Virus record (IMG/VR): IMGVR_UViG_3300009551_000042 | Strand: one strand, 5' to 3' | Length of the DNA stretch: 64,000 bases | Origin: a virus | Lineage: Duplodnaviria; Heunggongvirae; Uroviricota; Caudoviricetes | Shown here: positions 1-8,991 of the stretch, in pieces | Layout: each line of letters opens with the position of its first letter | How positions within the stretch are numbered: position 1 is the stretch's first letter | Notes under the pieces: model-generated | What the model saw: the letters and a program-made list of their open reading frames with translations, nothing else | What the model was told of the DNA's origin: nothing | Database searches by the model: none | Made by a program: the position numbers and the translations under genes

Positions 1-1
1 G

Positions 2-790
2 GCCGGATCCAGCGCTGGCTCCGTTACGCTGCGTGCTGGCTCCTCGGCTTCTCAACTTCAGTTGACGGCCGGGTCGCCAGGTATCCTCGCAACAAACGTG
101 AGTCTTGCCTGGGACTCTTCGGCGAGCACACCGAAGATCTACCAAGTCACCGACACCACGGCGACGATTATCGGTGACGCATTCCTGATCAATGCTCAGG
201 ATTGCTCCGGCACAACCGCTGTAACCGGTGGCGCGATGACATTGCGTGCCGGCGACGCGACCGGTGGTAGCGGTAACCGTAACGGCGGAGCTTTGACGCT
301 GCGCTCTGGAACCGGCGCGACGACGGTTGGCAACGTTTCTCTGCTTGCTGGGTCTTACAACCTGGTCGGCTACAGCAACTCGACCAGTAAGCTCACGCTA
401 GGTGACGCCACAGGTGCTGACACCGTATTCGTAGGCGCCGGCAACCTCTACGCCTTCCAATGGAAGGTGGGCGCTACGCTTGCGATGAGCTACCAGTCTG
501 GCAGCTCTGGCGGTCTGGTCTTCGAGGGGTCAACAGACAACATCTCGATCGGCAGCGCACCAGGCGCCACTGTGGTTCACATGGCGACCGCAGGCGGCGG
601 CGCAAACGTTGGACTGATTCCAAACTCTGTATCACCGGCATTCAACGGCGCACAGGGAATCATCTACATCGGCAACCGAACGACGCTACCGAGCAGCAAC
701 CCGTCCGCGGGTGGCTATCTGTACGTTGACGGCGGTGCGCTGAAGTACCGCGGTTCGAGCGGCACGATCACCACTGTTGCTGCTGCGTAA
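2..790 (+). CDS. Gly/Thr/Ser/Ala-rich fibre-like structural protein, C-terminal fragment
   Basis: Frame is open from nt 2 (GSVTLRAGSSAS...) and repeats TLRAGD/TLRSG units; continues from upstream of the window. Confidence 0.5.
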   Translation, partial: AGSSAGSVTLRAGSSASQLQLTAGSPGILATNVSLAWDSSASTPKIYQVTDTTATIIGDAFLINAQDCSGTTAVTGGAMTLRAGDATGGSGNRNGGALTLRSGTGATTVGNVSLLAGSYNLVGYSNSTSKLTLGDATGADTVFVGAGNLYAFQWKVGATLAMSYQSGSSGGLVFEGSTDNISIGSAPGATVVHMATAGGGANVGLIPNSVSPAFNGAQGIIYIGNRTTLPSSNPSAGGYLYVDGGALKYRGSSGTITTVAAA

Positions 791-794
791 CTCA

Positions 795-827
795 AAGGCG
801 GCGCTCTTCGGGGCGCCGCTCGTTCTT
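795..827 (+). terminator. Hairpin GCGGCGC-tcttcggg-GCGCCGC then T-rich tail (putative intrinsic terminator)
   Basis: 7-bp GC stem directly after the stop at 788-790, followed by tcgttctt. Confidence 0.35.
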
Positions 828-842
828 AGGGAGAAAAACTAA

Positions 843-1196
843 ATGATTCGTGTACCCGAACAGCTCGGGCCAGGCATTGATTTGCGCTGGTTCACCGAGC
901 ATGTCATCGACAATTCGCCGCTGTTTAAGACAGCCAGCGCGATTGCAAAAGCCTCGCTCGTGTTGGCCGCCGATCTCGACACCGTTGGTGCCGACGTCGA
1001 AGTCAACCCTGGCGGCCTGAAGCTTGTTCGTGAGGCTCTCACCAGTGAAGAGCAACCGCTTTCGCTGCCTGAACTCGTTGCCTCCAAGACTGATGAAGAG
1101 GGCAAGCCCATCGGTGAGCCCGTAAAGATCCCGCCTCGCGTATACGCGCGCTTCATCGACGCGCTGTGCACCGACGTACAGAAAGAAACAGAATGA
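843..1196 (+). CDS. hypothetical protein
   Basis: GGGAGA RBS 8 nt upstream; ORF 117 aa. Confidence 0.6.
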   Translation: MIRVPEQLGPGIDLRWFTEHVIDNSPLFKTASAIAKASLVLAADLDTVGADVEVNPGGLKLVREALTSEEQPLSLPELVASKTDEEGKPIGEPVKIPPRVYARFIDALCTDVQKETE

Positions 1197-1441
1197 GTGC
1201 TGCACTTAAGCTCGTGCCTCGTGTGCGCGAGTCCCGCGATCTGCTCGCGGACGAAAAAGTATCAATTCAAGGTGAGCCACGCGCTGTCGCCGTCGCGAAG
1301 TTTCGCGAACTGGCTGACAAGCTCGAATGCGGCGAACTCGACGGCGCCCGCGTTCAGTGGCGCGACGGTCTTCCGGAGATGGAGACCGTGACCATGGACG
1401 GCGAAACCGTTCAATTCACGCAATTCAAGATCGAGGTCTAA
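1193..1441 (+). CDS. hypothetical protein
   Basis: ATGA start/stop overlap with upstream gene (MSAALKLVPR...); longer 1166 start rejected. Confidence 0.5.
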   Translation: MSAALKLVPRVRESRDLLADEKVSIQGEPRAVAVAKFRELADKLECGELDGARVQWRDGLPEMETVTMDGETVQFTQFKIEV

Positions 1442-1446
1442 ACTAG

Positions 1447-1854
1447 ATGGCTCTGAATCCAAAGACCGGCGTTGCTCGTCGCAATGCCGCGCTGGATACC
1501 GCTTTTGACGCGCTGAACAGCGGTCATTTGATGGTCTATGACAGCACCCAGCCGACCGACGCCGACACGGCGCTTGGTGCGCAGGTGAAGCTCGCCGACC
1601 TTGCTTTCGGCTCGACCGCATTCGCGGCTGCCGCATCGGGTTCGAAGGCGGCAAACAGCATCACGCAAGACTCCAGCGCTGACGCGACCGGCACAGCAAC
1701 TTGGGCAACGCTTGTCCCCACCTCGCGCGCAACCGTCGGATTTATGGACATGTCCGTCGGAACTTCCGGCGCAAACCTGAACTTCAACTCCGTTGCGATC
1801 TCTAGCGGCGCGGCGGTGTCCGTCTCTTCGCTGACGATCACGCAGGCTGCCTAA
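1447..1854 (+). CDS. hypothetical structural protein
   Basis: ORF 135 aa, tight spacing in the structural operon. Confidence 0.6.
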   Translation: MALNPKTGVARRNAALDTAFDALNSGHLMVYDSTQPTDADTALGAQVKLADLAFGSTAFAAAASGSKAANSITQDSSADATGTATWATLVPTSRATVGFMDMSVGTSGANLNFNSVAISSGAAVSVSSLTITQAA

Positions 1855-2147
1855 TGGCTAAGATTTTCATCGTGCGTCACCAGGCCGCTGGTCTGGTGCA
1901 CGAGTTCCCCTTTGCTGAATCGCCCAGCAAGGAACAGATCGACGCGGTCGCGTCATTCTGCGCGCGTAGTCACGGCGAGGTTCACGGCAAAACCGGTGAG
2001 TCGTACTGGGTTCGCGTTGAAGAGCGCGAGTTGCTGAGCGCCACCGACCTGCCGTCTGTCCCATCCCCCGGCGGTGTCTCCACCGGCAATGCCGCCGCGT
2101 CCGGTGAATTCACCGTTTCCGGCGAAGGCGCAGTTTCCGAAAAGTAA
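1854..2147 (+). CDS. hypothetical protein
   Basis: TAATG overlap with upstream gene; 97 aa. Confidence 0.55.
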   Translation: MAKIFIVRHQAAGLVHEFPFAESPSKEQIDAVASFCARSHGEVHGKTGESYWVRVEERELLSATDLPSVPSPGGVSTGNAAASGEFTVSGEGAVSEK

Positions 2148-2150
2148 TCC

Positions 2151-2699
2151 ATGTCTGGACTTCCGTTCTTTCCACAGGTGCTAACGCAGCAAAAGTCTGC
2201 TGGCACGCTGTTCAATACGTACACGACCGCGAAGACGGTCATCAACCAAGAAAACCTGCTCACCCTGCCACCCAACTACTTGGGACAGGGTTCGAAGCTG
2301 AAGATCCGTGTCTACGGCGGCATCTCGAACGTCGTCACCGCAACGCCGACCTTCACCTTTCAGGTGATGATGGGCTCGACCGTTGCTTGGTCTTCGGGTG
2401 CTATCACCACGAACGCGACGGCCAATACGCTGCTACCGTTCACGCTCGATATCGAGCTGCGCGTGGACTCGATCGGAACCGGCACGGCCGCTAAGTACAT
2501 GGGCCATGCATCGCTGACCTGCGCAGCGTTCGCGTCTGGCTCGACTGCGATCACCGTTCCTGTTGCAAGCCCTGCAGTTGGCAACGGTTGGGATTCGACA
2601 ATCGCAAACATCCTGGATTTCTGGGTTGGCATCAGCGCGTCGAACGCCGGCAACGGTGTGCAGATCTACGACTACAAGGTCTCGCAAGAGTGGAGCTAA
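2151..2699 (+). CDS. hypothetical virion/tail protein
   Basis: ORF 182 aa, Thr/Ser/Asn-rich, in operon with fibres. Confidence 0.6.
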   Translation: MSGLPFFPQVLTQQKSAGTLFNTYTTAKTVINQENLLTLPPNYLGQGSKLKIRVYGGISNVVTATPTFTFQVMMGSTVAWSSGAITTNATANTLLPFTLDIELRVDSIGTGTAAKYMGHASLTCAAFASGSTAITVPVASPAVGNGWDSTIANILDFWVGISASNAGNGVQIYDYKVSQEWS

Positions 2700-2704
2700 G
2701 CTGA

Positions 2705-5059
2705 GTGCGACGCGCGTTCCAGCCGCCGCGCATGGGTCATGGTATTTTTACCCCGGCGGCTGTTCGCGCTTCGCAGATCTTGTCCGTTTCCGGAAACAAG
2801 ATCGTCGATAGCGCGGGCAGAACCGTCTACCTGCGCGGCTTCTCACATTCGAGCCCTGAGTACTCTCCGATCTATCCGGGCTCGACTCAGTTCTATGACG
2901 ACGCCACGCCGTACCTGATGGACAGGTCGGCGCGGCTGGGTGCGAATATGATTCGCATCCCGCTCAACCAAGCCGCTTGGCTTGGAACCGTTGCTGGCAA
3001 TGAGTCCGTAACTGGCGCCAACTACCGCGCTGCGATCGTTGCGCTCGTCACCGCGGCGCGTTCCTACGGTCTCTACGTGATCGTGGAGTTGCACTGGAAC
3101 GATCCGCGACCGACTCCTGACACGACGTATCAAGGATCTCAGCAGCAGATGCCGGATCGCCAGAACAGTCTGGCATTCTGGACGTCCGTCGCTACGCAAT
3201 TCAAGGCTGACACTGGCGTCATCCTTGAGCTGTACAACGAGCCGAACGTCGTCAACTGGTCGGAGTGGCTCAACGGCGGCAAGTCGATTTCGTACTTCAA
3301 CACGAACGGCTCAGGCGCGATCAGCATGTCAACGCTCGGCCTTCCGGACTGGACGACAGCCGGCATGCAAGAGCTGGTGAATACGGTCCGCGCTACCGGT
3401 GCAACGAACATCATCGTTGTCAACGGACTAAATTACTCAGCGTCGCTCGGACAGAATGCCGGTGATTGCAACGGTGATCCAACCCTTGGTTGGCTAGCCA
3501 ACAAGCCCACTGATCCGCTGCAAAACCTGGTCGCCGGTACACACTTCTACCCAGACCAGCCCTACACCAAGGATTACTCAAATCCTGGCTCTCGGTACTT
3601 TCATTCACCGAGTGCGGCAACGGTTCTCACCGTCGCGACCTACTACCCGGTCCTAATTGGTGAGTATGGCGACAAGCGTACCACACCGCTGGACAACTTC
3701 GCGCCTTTGGTTTTGCCATGGGCCGAAAAGAATGGTCTTCACCACTGCGCGTGGACGCTGAACGATTGGACTCAGGACAACACGCTGGTGTCGAGCTTCT
3801 TCGACACCAACAATCCGTATGAGGTTGTCCCGAACGCTGGTCTAGGCGCGCTTGCGCTGCCCTACATCAGCGGTCGCCGCCAGATCACGAAGCCAAACAC
3901 GAACATCAGCGCCGGAAGACCGATCTATGCAAGTACGACCGGCGCCGGCAACGTGTCCAACATCACGCAAGGGCGTTGGGATACTTCTAGCTGGCAGTCG
4001 ACCGGCTTCCCTGCCGACGTGTCGCTCGATCTCTCTGGTGTAACAGCTACCCAGCGCACTCACCTTTCGCTGGTTTGGTCGACGAACAATTACATCGGCG
4101 ATTCCACGCTAACGGGTGGCACCACCTATCGCTCACCGGGTGACTACGTCATTCAGGGAAACGCTGGTGCTGGTGGCGGAGCGCCGCCGGCTTCGGGTTG
4201 GGTTGACCTTGTTACCGTAACTGGCAACAAGCGTCGCAGCCGTTCGCATCGCTTCGACTTCTGTTCAAGCCTGTCGAACTCAAAGTCGAACACACCGTTC
4301 AACTGGCTACGCATCCACTTCACCGCGGGCCAGTCAGAAAACGAGCCTACACAACCACAGGTCTCGATCGCGCATCTTGACGTCTTTGACGTCACCGCTG
4401 GCGGTCATGACACCTGGTTCATCTTTGGTGATTCGATCACCGCAGAGGGCGCACGCTTTCAGGAAGGCATGGGCGCGGCGTGGATCTCGCGTCTCACTGG
4501 TACTGGTTATGCGCCGCTGATCGAAACAGTCGGGGCGCCCTTCTACCATGCTGTCGACTTCGGAATTAACTACTCGGGGACGTACCCAACCGGCACGCAG
4601 ACTGCCGGCGGGAGCCGAACCGAGTGGCTGAATCTGCTTAACGGGACCGCGGCCCACAACGTTCTGATTTGTCTCGGAACGAACGACGCCGCCGGGACGC
4701 CGAACACGACGCAGTTTTACAACCACCTTCGCACCATGATCGATGACTGCCTCTCGCGAGGTAAGCGTCCGTGGGTTGCGAAGATCCCGTGGTCACCAGA
4801 CACGACGCGCCAGGGCAACACCACACCGCTCAACACCAAGATCGCACAGCTGTACACAGAGTACGGAAGCGCGATCGGCGTTGGCCCTGACTTCTACACT
4901 TATTACGCGGCGCACCCCGAGGCGTGGATTGGGGACACCGTACACCCAACGGGTGATTGGACGCTGTGGGGCGAAGAGGTCGCTCGCGTAATCGCGACGA
5001 CTGCCTATCCGTCGAATCAAAGCTCGTGGGTTAACCCGACGATCGATCTCGCAGCGTAA
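2705..5059 (+). CDS. tail-associated polysaccharide-degrading protein: N-terminal GH5-like glycosidase fused to C-terminal SGNH/GDSL esterase
   Basis: GH5 blocks IVELHWND, ELYNEPN (acid/base NEP), LIGEYG (nucleophile). SGNH blocks FIFGDSITAEG (GDS), LICLGTNDA (GxND), DTVHPTGDW (DxxH). GTG start at 2705; ATG at 2732 is an alternative. Confidence 0.7.
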   Translation: MRRAFQPPRMGHGIFTPAAVRASQILSVSGNKIVDSAGRTVYLRGFSHSSPEYSPIYPGSTQFYDDATPYLMDRSARLGANMIRIPLNQAAWLGTVAGNESVTGANYRAAIVALVTAARSYGLYVIVELHWNDPRPTPDTTYQGSQQQMPDRQNSLAFWTSVATQFKADTGVILELYNEPNVVNWSEWLNGGKSISYFNTNGSGAISMSTLGLPDWTTAGMQELVNTVRATGATNIIVVNGLNYSASLGQNAGDCNGDPTLGWLANKPTDPLQNLVAGTHFYPDQPYTKDYSNPGSRYFHSPSAATVLTVATYYPVLIGEYGDKRTTPLDNFAPLVLPWAEKNGLHHCAWTLNDWTQDNTLVSSFFDTNNPYEVVPNAGLGALALPYISGRRQITKPNTNISAGRPIYASTTGAGNVSNITQGRWDTSSWQSTGFPADVSLDLSGVTATQRTHLSLVWSTNNYIGDSTLTGGTTYRSPGDYVIQGNAGAGGGAPPASGWVDLVTVTGNKRRSRSHRFDFCSSLSNSKSNTPFNWLRIHFTAGQSENEPTQPQVSIAHLDVFDVTAGGHDTWFIFGDSITAEGARFQEGMGAAWISRLTGTGYAPLIETVGAPFYHAVDFGINYSGTYPTGTQTAGGSRTEWLNLLNGTAAHNVLICLGTNDAAGTPNTTQFYNHLRTMIDDCLSRGKRPWVAKIPWSPDTTRQGNTTPLNTKIAQLYTEYGSAIGVGPDFYTYYAAHPEAWIGDTVHPTGDWTLWGEEVARVIATTAYPSNQSSWVNPTIDLAA

Positions 5060-5063
5060 ATAA

Positions 5064-7370
5064 ATGACAGCTCGTCTTCGCAGGGCCACCTCGTTGGTAG
5101 GTGGCGGCGGCAACGGTGCGCTTACCGTCACGCTAGCTGAGGTTGGCGCCATCGCGGCTAGCGCATCTAAGCGCGCCGAGGTGTTCCTCGCCGTGTACTT
5201 CGGCGGCTCCCAGATGACCTCTGGCGAGCTGTCGAACGACGCGAGCGGCATGACGACGTTCTTTTTCGGAGCAGCGCCGGCAAACAACCACTTCGCGGAG
5301 ATTTTTCTCCGCGAAGCGCCAGGGCCAGCAACCGGAACCTACGGCATGAACGGCAGCGTTCACGCTGGCTGGCGCGTGCTCGGTATTGGCATCGTGGACG
5401 GCGTTGACGTCACGTCGACGCTAACGGCTGCTGTCAAAGCAACTAACACGGGAACCGGAACCGGATCACCGTCGTGCCCAAGCGTAACGGGTGCCGCCGT
5501 TGGTGACTTCCACATCATCGGCATTGCCTGCAATACCGGTGGTGGTTTCGGAACACAGACACCGCCAGCCGGTTACCAGGCATTCCTGCCACTGCCGGAA
5601 GGAAACTGGTATTACAAGGTCCTAACGAGCGGTGACCTTACCGGCTCGACGGTAGCCGCGCAGACGATCACGACAACCGGCACACCAGCGAGCTGGGTGT
5701 CCATGTCGTGTGTGCTCAAAGCGACGAGCACATCAAACCCGAGCTATCGGTACTACCGCTTCCGCTCGACCGAGTCAGCGGTTTCGGACACGATGACCGC
5801 TGCGGAGATCAATCTCCTCGACGGCACCGGAACTCCCCTCACTCGAACGGGATGGACGCTTGGGGCCTCAAGCTCTTTCAGAGGCAACCCAGTCTCCAAC
5901 ACGACTGACGGTAGCACCGGCACGTTTTGGGAAACCGACTGGTCGCAACCTGCCGGCACGGTCGGAGCCAAGGCCCCCCCCTACCACTGGCAGGCTGATC
6001 TAGGTGCTGCTACCGCTGTTTCTGCCCTTCGCTACACGCCTCGCGGCGGTTCGATGGGCAATAACGGCGCTGTTGGCTACTTCGATATCTACGGCAGCAA
6101 CGACGGGTCAGCATGGACGCTGCTGACTGGTGGTTATCAGCCGGCGTTCTCAGCGATTGATGGAAACGCGACGATCGAGATCCAGGTCTCGACCGCTGCG
6201 GTTGTGGCCGCCACGTACGGCCCGCTACTCGGCAAGCAGCAACGCTGGCCAGGCTTTCCGCCTACAGCCCCGCCTGGTGGCATTGCGCGCCTTGGCATGG
6301 GCGTACTGGCGCCTCAGGCATCCGTCTACGCCTTTCAGGGCGGCGGTGGTGCGCTATCGCCGTACGCGGTAGCGGGAACAGGCGCTCAAGGAACGGGCGC
6401 CACGGGTACGGCGGCGCTTTCGCCGTTCGACTCTGCTGGTCTCGGTCTTGAGACGTTTGCCGGCACGGTTACTGCGGCGTTTTCGGCGTTCGCGGTAACA
6501 GCCGTCGGACTGCTGACGTTCGTTGCCTCGGGCACGGCGTCAATGTCGCCGTTTGCCTGCTCTGGTTCTGGCGCGGAGTCATTCGCGTGCTCCGGTACCG
6601 CAGCCATGTCGCAATTCGCGGCAAGTGCAAGCGGGACGGTCGGCACGTACACGCCACCGCCGGCCTTCTGGGCTCAAGCGCAGCCACGCACCCTAGGTTT
6701 CGGCCCGGCGCGCTTGGTCATGCCGATTGCGCCGATGCTTGGCCTTGGCCTGCTAGTCGCGCAATCGCCGGCAGCAGGGTTCGTCTGCTCCGGATCGGCT
6801 GGTCTATCGAGCTTCGCGACCAACGCGAGCGGCGCGATCACTTTCGTGGCTATCGGTTCGGTCGCCATGTCGACATTCGCGTGTGCCGGAACCGGCGTAG
6901 GCGGTGCCGTCACTGGCAGCGGTTCAGCGGCGTGCGCGCCGTTCGGCTCGTCTGCTTCTGGTCTCGAATCGTTCTCGTGTTCTGGCAGCGCTGCAATGCG
7001 GCCGTTTGCCAGCTCGGGGAACGGAGCCTTGGGGACTGTATTCGTTGGCTCGGGGTCTGCGGCCTTCTCGGCGTTTGCCGTAACTGCCATAGCTGTCCAG
7101 GGCTTCACCGGAACTGCTTCGGCGCTCGTTCAGTCCTTTGCGGTGTCTGGTGCCGCGTTCCAAACGCATGCGGCAACCGGTACGGCCAGCATGTCGCCGT
7201 TCGCATCAACGTCGATTGGTTTCGTTGGCGACTTCATCGGCTTCGGCTCTGCAGCCATGGCCCCGTTTGCTGTGACGTCACTCGGGTTGATCCCGATCAC
7301 GTTCACCTACGTGACCAGCAGAACGAAAGCCAGCATCACAATCATCACCCCGACCTCGCGATCTGTATGA
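5064..7370 (+). CDS. tail fibre-like protein with F5/8 type C (discoidin-like) carbohydrate-binding domain and C-terminal tandem-repeat array
   Basis: YRYYRF...TFWETDW...YFDIYGSNDGSAWTLL resembles a discoidin domain. Residues ~410-730 are imperfect ~13-aa repeats (GSAAMSPFA/CSG...) = ~39-nt DNA repeats at 6300-7260. Confidence 0.65.
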   Translation: MTARLRRATSLVGGGGNGALTVTLAEVGAIAASASKRAEVFLAVYFGGSQMTSGELSNDASGMTTFFFGAAPANNHFAEIFLREAPGPATGTYGMNGSVHAGWRVLGIGIVDGVDVTSTLTAAVKATNTGTGTGSPSCPSVTGAAVGDFHIIGIACNTGGGFGTQTPPAGYQAFLPLPEGNWYYKVLTSGDLTGSTVAAQTITTTGTPASWVSMSCVLKATSTSNPSYRYYRFRSTESAVSDTMTAAEINLLDGTGTPLTRTGWTLGASSSFRGNPVSNTTDGSTGTFWETDWSQPAGTVGAKAPPYHWQADLGAATAVSALRYTPRGGSMGNNGAVGYFDIYGSNDGSAWTLLTGGYQPAFSAIDGNATIEIQVSTAAVVAATYGPLLGKQQRWPGFPPTAPPGGIARLGMGVLAPQASVYAFQGGGGALSPYAVAGTGAQGTGATGTAALSPFDSAGLGLETFAGTVTAAFSAFAVTAVGLLTFVASGTASMSPFACSGSGAESFACSGTAAMSQFAASASGTVGTYTPPPAFWAQAQPRTLGFGPARLVMPIAPMLGLGLLVAQSPAAGFVCSGSAGLSSFATNASGAITFVAIGSVAMSTFACAGTGVGGAVTGSGSAACAPFGSSASGLESFSCSGSAAMRPFASSGNGALGTVFVGSGSAAFSAFAVTAIAVQGFTGTASALVQSFAVSGAAFQTHAATGTASMSPFASTSIGFVGDFIGFGSAAMAPFAVTSLGLIPITFTYVTSRTKASITIITPTSRSV
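6300..7260 (+). repeat. intragenic imperfect tandem repeats (~39 nt unit) inside the fibre gene
   Basis: Recurring gccatgtcgccgttcgc / tcgttctcgtg... units; the antisense ORFs are mirror artefacts. Confidence 0.55.
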
Positions 7371-7714
7371 CGCTTCCGAACACGGAAAACCTAACGCTTG
7401 TGCGAGGCGATGACTACTCGCAGGCGTTCGAGTTCACTCAAACAGTCAGTAGCTTCACACAAATCTACTTCACTGCGCGAGTTGCCTACGCGACCTACGA
7501 AACAGACAATTCCGCTGCCGCATTCTCAGCAATGCTTGGCAGCGGAATCTCTGCCATTGGCTCGAACACGGTTCAGCTCGACATTACGCACGCACAGTCG
7601 CTCACGCTCACTGCTGCGTCCTATTACTACGACATTCAAGTCTTGACCACGACTGGCAAGATCTACACAACCCAACGCGGAATGCTCCGAGTCCTCTCGG
7701 ACGTGACCCGCTGA
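7367..7714 (+). CDS. hypothetical protein
   Basis: ATGA overlap with fibre gene stop (MTLPNTENLTLVRGDD...). Confidence 0.5.
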   Translation: MTLPNTENLTLVRGDDYSQAFEFTQTVSSFTQIYFTARVAYATYETDNSAAAFSAMLGSGISAIGSNTVQLDITHAQSLTLTAASYYYDIQVLTTTGKIYTTQRGMLRVLSDVTR

Positions 7715-7800
7715 ATTACTAGCCGCTCCGCGCAGGCGCCTCGGCTTGCGATTCTCCCTAAGCGAGCCTGGGCGTCTGCTCGGGGCGGCAAGGATTTTTC

Positions 7801-7962
7801 ATGTTGACTGCTCTCACTGTGAGTCTCCCCATTTGGCTTCCGATCGTGGTTGGTCTCGTCGGCACCGGGCTAGAAGCAACGGGCAACCCGGTTGCGGTTG
7901 CTATCGGCCAAAAGCTCGAAGCGATCTCGATCGACCTCCCGAAGCTATTCGGAAAGAAGTAA
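7801..7962 (+). CDS. small membrane protein (holin-like?), 53 aa
   Basis: aagga RBS; one predicted TM helix LTVSLPIWLPIVVGLVGTGL; below the ORF-track length cut-off. Confidence 0.35.
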   Translation: MLTALTVSLPIWLPIVVGLVGTGLEATGNPVAVAIGQKLEAISIDLPKLFGKK

Positions 7963-7963
7963 A

Positions 7964-8188
7964 ATGCTCAAAGCTCTGTTGACCACGCTAGCGCTCGTCG
8001 CGGGCTGCTCTGGGGCTCTTTCCGACCCCTGTTCCGTCGACACGCTGACGGCGCAGACGGCCGCGATTGTGGCCGAATGCAAGGCCCGTCGCCCGAGCGA
8101 GTGTAGGGGCTTCGAGGTTCTAGACGAATGCCCGCTAATTCAGGAATGCGACGCGCGTCTAGATAAGGTCGGTGCATCATGCCACTGA
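7964..8188 (+). CDS. Cys-rich lipoprotein (o-spanin-like?)
   Basis: Signal peptide plus lipobox LALVAGC; 7 Cys; immediately follows the small TM gene. Confidence 0.45.
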   Translation: MLKALLTTLALVAGCSGALSDPCSVDTLTAQTAAIVAECKARRPSECRGFEVLDECPLIQECDARLDKVGASCH

Positions 8189-8340
8189 TCGAAACCTTGG
8201 TTGGGTTGCTCTCGAAAGTTCCTGAGCCGGTCCTGGAGCTGATGGTTGACCTAGCGAAAGCGGTCGCCGGTTCTAAGACGCAAGGCGAAGCCGCTCGTAA
8301 GGCCATGATCGTAGCGGCGAAGAAAGCGATCCGATCGTGA
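8179..8340 (+). CDS. small helical protein, 53 aa
   Basis: Overlaps lipoprotein gene stop; MPLIETLVGLLSK... Confidence 0.3.
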   Translation: MPLIETLVGLLSKVPEPVLELMVDLAKAVAGSKTQGEAARKAMIVAAKKAIRS

Positions 8341-8616
8341 GCTACCATCGGTGTCCCGTGCACGGGCTGGCCCCGTGCGACTGCCGATGGGCTCTAGTGC
8401 CGAAACGCTGACGTCGACAATACTCGCTGATGTGAGTTTGATTCGCCCGCGAACTTTCGCTGACATCTTTCTTGCTTCTGTTCTTATCCCTGGGCTGTTC
8501 GCTTGGACGGCCCTTAAGGGACTCTTGCTCCACGTGACCGACCGGCGTCGGTGATGGGCTGTAACCCCGTTCCGCTTTGCGCGGCAGTTAGGTTCGACTC
8601 CTAAGTGGTGCACTAT

Positions 8617-8691
8617 GCGGCTGTATCTCAATTGGCAGAGGCCCGGCTTTTAACCGGTGCGACGTCGGTTCGAACCCGGCCAGCCGCACCA
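8617..8691 (+). tRNA. tRNA-Lys(TTT)
   Basis: 7-bp acceptor gcggctg/cagccgc, T-arm gtcgg-ttcgaac-ccggc, loop cttttaa, CCA encoded. Confidence 0.65.
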
Positions 8692-8695
8692 CAAT

Positions 8696-8769
8696 GCGTG
8701 TGTAGCACAGAGGTAGTGCAGTCGGCTCTTAACCGATCGGATCGCGTTCGACTCGCGACGCACGCACCA
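8696..8769 (+). tRNA. tRNA-Lys(CTT)
   Basis: Acceptor gcgtgtg/cgcacgc, D gcac/gtgc, AC gtcgg-ctcttaa-ccgat, T tcgcg-ttcgact-cgcga, CCA encoded. Confidence 0.7.
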
Positions 8770-8816
8770 TCCCCCACGGTTCGCCCGTGGGCTGCCTGGG
8801 GCAACCAGGCTTCTAT

Positions 8817-8888
8817 TCCGGGATCGTCTAACTGGTAGGACTAGGGATTCTGAATCCCTCAACGCTGGATCGTACCCAGCTCTCGGAT
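8817..8888 (+). tRNA. tRNA-Gln(CTG)
   Basis: U1:A72 acceptor tccggga/tctcgga, AC aggga-ttctgaa-tccct, T gctgg-atcgtac-ccagc (A54 T-loop). Confidence 0.6.
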
Positions 8889-8904
8889 CTCTTTGACAAT
8901 CTAT

Positions 8905-8989
8905 TCCAGGATGGGTGAGCGGCAAGCCACTCGGCTGTTAACCGAGCGCAGAAATGCAATCGTTGGTTCGAATCCAACTCCTGGAGCCA
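8905..8989 (+). tRNA. type II (long variable arm) tRNA whose anticodon loop reads GTT
   Basis: Acceptor tccagga/tcctgga, G73, CCA encoded; AC ctcgg-ctgttaa-ccgag; variable hairpin gca-gaaa-tgc; T gttgg-ttcgaat-ccaac. Confidence 0.5.
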
Positions 8990-8991
8990 TT

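Noticed and set aside
6386-7108. Minus-strand ORFs (88, 72, 144, 81 aa) inside the fibre gene
   Set aside because: Mirror artefacts of the 39-nt repeat array; Ala/Pro/Glu-rich translations and complete overlap with a convincing plus-strand gene.
6587-7714. 375-aa plus-strand ORF overlapping the fibre gene
   Set aside because: Arg/Cys-rich out-of-frame read-through of the repeat region; only its last 115 aa (7367-7714) form a plausible gene with ATGA coupling.
8351-8554. 67-aa ORF just upstream of the tRNA array
   Set aside because: T-rich third positions atypical for this genome and no RBS; more likely the tRNA-array promoter or leader region.
8555-8612. T-arm-like ttagg-ttcgact-cctaa with gtggtgc 3' strand
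   Set aside because: No complementary 5' acceptor strand within 90 nt; possibly a truncated or pseudo tRNA, not called.
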